Source: Actinomycetota bacterium (GTDB taxonomy: Bacteria > Actinomycetota > Thermoleophilia > Solirubrobacterales > Thermoleophilaceae). From it: DNA of 64,000 bases. The stretch is from NCBI GenBank assembly GCA_046729975.1, contig JBKPHS010000157.1, forward strand, positions 4,470 to 68,469. Reading direction: 5' to 3'. The notes beneath the pieces were generated by a model. That model was not told where the DNA came from. It did no database searches and saw only the letters and a list, made by a program, of their open reading frames with translations. Every line of letters begins with the position of its first letter. Within the stretch, counting starts at the first letter, position 1. This document shows positions 61,697 through 64,000 of the stretch, one piece after another. Both the position numbers and the translations under genes were made by a program.

Positions 61697-61721
61697 GTTG
61701 GGCTTGCCGAAAGGAGGCAGA

Positions 61722-62144
61722 TTGAAATCCTGGCTTAGGACCGCTGTGCTCCTCGGGGCGACCCTCGCGCTGGTCGGAGCGGGCTGCGGTGGCGGCGACG
61801 ATTCGGATGGGGGGTCGGCCGACACGGCGACCCAGCAGGCGCCTGCGGAGACCGGCGGCGGAGGTGGCGCACAGGTCTCGGAGGTCAAGCTGAGCGAGTA
61901 CAAGTTCGACCCGTCAGAGGTCAGCGCCAAGGCGGGCGACACTCTGACCGTCGACAACACCGGCTCGCTTCAGCACGACCTGAGGCTGCGGAAGGGCGGC
62001 GAGAAGCTCGGCGGCACAAAGCTGGTCGACGCCGGCGGCAGCACGAAGCTGAAGGTCGACTTTCGGGCCGGAAGCTACGAGATGTTCTGCTCCGTGCCGG
62101 GCCACGAGGACCTCGGCATGAAGGGCACCTTCACCGTCAAGTAG
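61722..62144 (+). CDS. lipoprotein cupredoxin (type-1 blue copper protein)
   Basis: TTG 61722 with AAGGAGG 5 nt upstream gives LKSWLRTAVLLGATLALVGAGC (lipobox-like). Copper ligands: H in SLQHDL and C..H....M in CSVPGHEDLGM. Confidence 0.75.
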   Translation: MKSWLRTAVLLGATLALVGAGCGGGDDSDGGSADTATQQAPAETGGGGGAQVSEVKLSEYKFDPSEVSAKAGDTLTVDNTGSLQHDLRLRKGGEKLGGTKLVDAGGSTKLKVDFRAGSYEMFCSVPGHEDLGMKGTFTVK

Positions 62145-62156
62145 CCGCCGCGCTGG

Positions 62157-62507
62157 CTAACTCAGCAACTCGAGCAACGGCTCGAGACCATTGGGCACCG
62201 CCCGGTAGAAGACCCAGGTGCCGCGCTGCTCGCGCTCGAGCAGCCCCGCGCCATGTAGCACCTTCAGGTGGTGGCTGACCGTGGACTGCGATAGTCCGAG
62301 CGGCGTGACCAGGTGGCACACGCACGTCTCATGCTCAGGCTGCGAATGGATCAGGCTCAGGAGGCGAAGTCGCGCGGGATGGGCGATCACCTTGAGCGCG
62401 GCGGATAGTCGCTCCGCCTCGTCCTGGCTCAGTGCCACGCCCTGAAGGAGCGGCGGACATGCCTGCGCGGCTGTCGCGATCGGTAGGCGCTGCACCGAGA
62501 CGAACAT
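62157..62507 (-). CDS. arsR: ArsR/SmtB family metalloregulator (second copy)
   Basis: ETCVCHLVTPLGLSQSTVSHHLKVLHGAGLL. ATG 62507 is preferred. Confidence 0.8.
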   Translation of the reverse strand: MFVSVQRLPIATAAQACPPLLQGVALSQDEAERLSAALKVIAHPARLRLLSLIHSQPEHETCVCHLVTPLGLSQSTVSHHLKVLHGAGLLEREQRGTWVFYRAVPNGLEPLLELLS

Positions 62508-62535
62508 ACCCGCTGACGGGCGAGTGATGCGCACC

Positions 62536-63216
62536 TCAGCGCGCCGACCGACGGCCAAGCAGGTACGCGACGAACGCGACCACAGCCAGGAGCGCGAGCA
62601 GGCGTCTGGGATCCTTCAGGCGATCGGCGATGATCGCGCCGCCGAGCGATCCGAGGTCGAGGGCCTCCTCCCGCTCGGGCGTTGGACCCGGCGGCTGCGC
62701 AGGCGGCGCGGCCGTGGGGCGCTCCTCCTGCGCCGGCCTCTCCCCCGCGGGCTCCGCCGGCGCGGGCGGCTTGCCCTCGAGCATCGAGGCGAGGTTCTGC
62801 GCGAACGTCTCGACGAGCCGGCCCGCGACGTCCTGGAGGACGCCCTGGCCCATCGACGCAGCCTTGCCGCTCATCTCGACCTCGGTTGTGACGGTCGCCG
62901 ACGTCCGGCCGTCCTCGCCGTGCAGCGCCATCGTCACGTCGGCGTCGGCGGTGCCCTGCCCGCGCGACTCCTTCGCGCGCGCCTTCATCACTGCGCGGTG
63001 GGTCTCGTCGTCGCGCTCGACGATCTCTACATCGCCGCGGTAGGTCATCGACATCGGGCCGACCTTGACCTTGATGGAGACCTTGTAGGCGTTGTCGCCC
63101 GTCCGCTCGAGGACCTTCGCCCCGGGCACCGTGGGGGCGACGCGCTCGACATCGAGCACGGCGTCCCACACGCTCTCGAGCGGCGCGGCGACGTCGAAGT
63201 TGTTCTCGAACCGCAT
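62536..63216 (-). CDS. CoxG/SRPBCC-family protein with Pro-rich linker and C-terminal TM anchor
   Basis: ATG 63216 with AGGAGGAG SD. MRFENNFDVAAPLESVWDAVLDVERVAPTVPGA is CoxG-like. The C-terminal LLALLAVVAFVAYLLG forms the anchor. Confidence 0.7.
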   Translation of the reverse strand: MRFENNFDVAAPLESVWDAVLDVERVAPTVPGAKVLERTGDNAYKVSIKVKVGPMSMTYRGDVEIVERDDETHRAVMKARAKESRGQGTADADVTMALHGEDGRTSATVTTEVEMSGKAASMGQGVLQDVAGRLVETFAQNLASMLEGKPPAPAEPAGERPAQEERPTAAPPAQPPGPTPEREEALDLGSLGGAIIADRLKDPRRLLALLAVVAFVAYLLGRRSAR

Positions 63217-63236
63217 GTGTCTCCTCCTGTAGTCGT

Positions 63237-64000
63237 CTATCGATGCCGGGCGATCGCCTCGACCACTCCGTCGAGCGCCGCCGCGCTGTGTCCGCTGACA
63301 AGCTCGTCGACGTACGGCAGGGCAGCCGCCATGCCGCCTGCGGCGGGCGCGAACCCGTGTGCGGCGACGCGCGGGTTGACCCACACGATCCGGTAGGCGA
63401 GCCGCGAGAGCCGCTCCATCTCGCGCCCCACGAGTGCCGGGTCGCCGCGCTCCCACCCGTCGGATACCACGACGACGACGGCGTCCCGCGCCATCCCGCG
63501 CCGGCCGTACGTGTCTGTGAACGTCCGTAGGGCCTCGCCGATACGCGTACCCCCCGCCCAGTCGGGCGCGGCGGCGCCGGCGCGCTCCAGCGCGGCGCGC
63601 GCACGACCCTCGCGCAGCGCGCGTGTCACGCGCGTGAGCCGCGTGGCGAACACGAACGTCTCGGCGCGGGCGCCGCGCGCGGCTCCCTCGAGCAACAGCA
63701 TGTAGGCGCGGGCGTACGGCGCCATGGAACCCGACACGTCGAGAAGCGCGACGAGCGGCCGAGGGCGCGTGCGACGGCGGCGGTAGAGCCGCTCCACCGG
63801 ATCGCCCGCGGTGCGGCGGCTCCGGCGCAGGGTCGCGCGGACGTCGAGGTGCTCGCCCCTGCGCGAGGTCCGCGCTCGCCGGGCGCGGCGGGGTGGCGTG
63901 GCGAGCGTCAGGCGGCGCACGAGCCGCCCGACGACGGCGAGCTCATCCTCGTCGAGCTCGTCGAGGTGCACAACGGCCAAGCGCTCGACGTCGCTGGCCC
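63237..64000 (-). CDS. VWA-domain CoxE-like protein, partial (N-terminus beyond the right window edge)
   Basis: MIDAS LLDVSGSM and a CoxE-like C-terminal region. The frame is open to position 64000. Confidence 0.65.
   Translation of the reverse strand, partial: ASDVERLAVVHLDELDEDELAVVGRLVRRLTLATPPRRARRARTSRRGEHLDVRATLRRSRRTAGDPVERLYRRRRTRPRPLVALLDVSGSMAPYARAYMLLLEGAARGARAETFVFATRLTRVTRALREGRARAALERAGAAAPDWAGGTRIGEALRTFTDTYGRRGMARDAVVVVVSDGWERGDPALVGREMERLSRLAYRIVWVNPRVAAHGFAPAAGGMAAALPYVDELVSGHSAAALDGVVEAIARHR

Overview
Very GC-rich bacterial chromosome segment, Actinomycetota-like by gene content and order (class uncertain; Thermoleophilia or Rubrobacteria-like is only a guess). Positions 1-33000 are a minus-strand housekeeping backbone: tig, clpP, clpX, valS, folC, ndk, maf, mreBCD, mrdA, rodA, rne, rplU, rpmA, obg, proB, proA, nadD, rsfS and a partial tRNA-Ala. 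This is the relative order known from Mycobacterium and Streptomyces. Three accessory blocks interrupt it. The most interesting block (13982-19076) is a seven-gene, same-strand module. It encodes a SipW-type signal peptidase, two TasA/camelysin-like exported proteins, an exported DNRLRE/CBM-like protein with the same N-terminal segment, a small coiled-coil protein and a NarL-type two-component system. I read it as an uncharacterised TasA-like fibre or matrix system. Positions 33000-64000 are more variable. They carry a DEDD/GIY-YIG nuclease, RNase D, an M14-peptidase/amidase fusion, several MFS/MMPL transporters with PadR/MerR regulators, and a rhodanese domain cut by an in-frame TGA at the catalytic-Cys position and contiguous with an MFS transporter. 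An arsenic redox island (55554-62507) holds arsM, two arsR, an ArsC-type phosphatase, aioBA-like arsenite oxidase and a lipoprotein cupredoxin, with a shared TATCGA(T) operator-like motif. CoxG and CoxE-like genes follow at the right edge. Other DNA-level oddities: hairpins built from 7-8 nt tandem repeats directly after stop codons (rne, tig, a metalloprotease gene), and conserved genes (rodA, folC) whose conserved N-termini have no ATG/GTG/TTG start but do have a CTG at the upstream stop codon. Many long ORFs in the track are antisense or alternate-frame artefacts of high GC and were not called. No rRNA, CRISPR array, transposase or integrase was seen.
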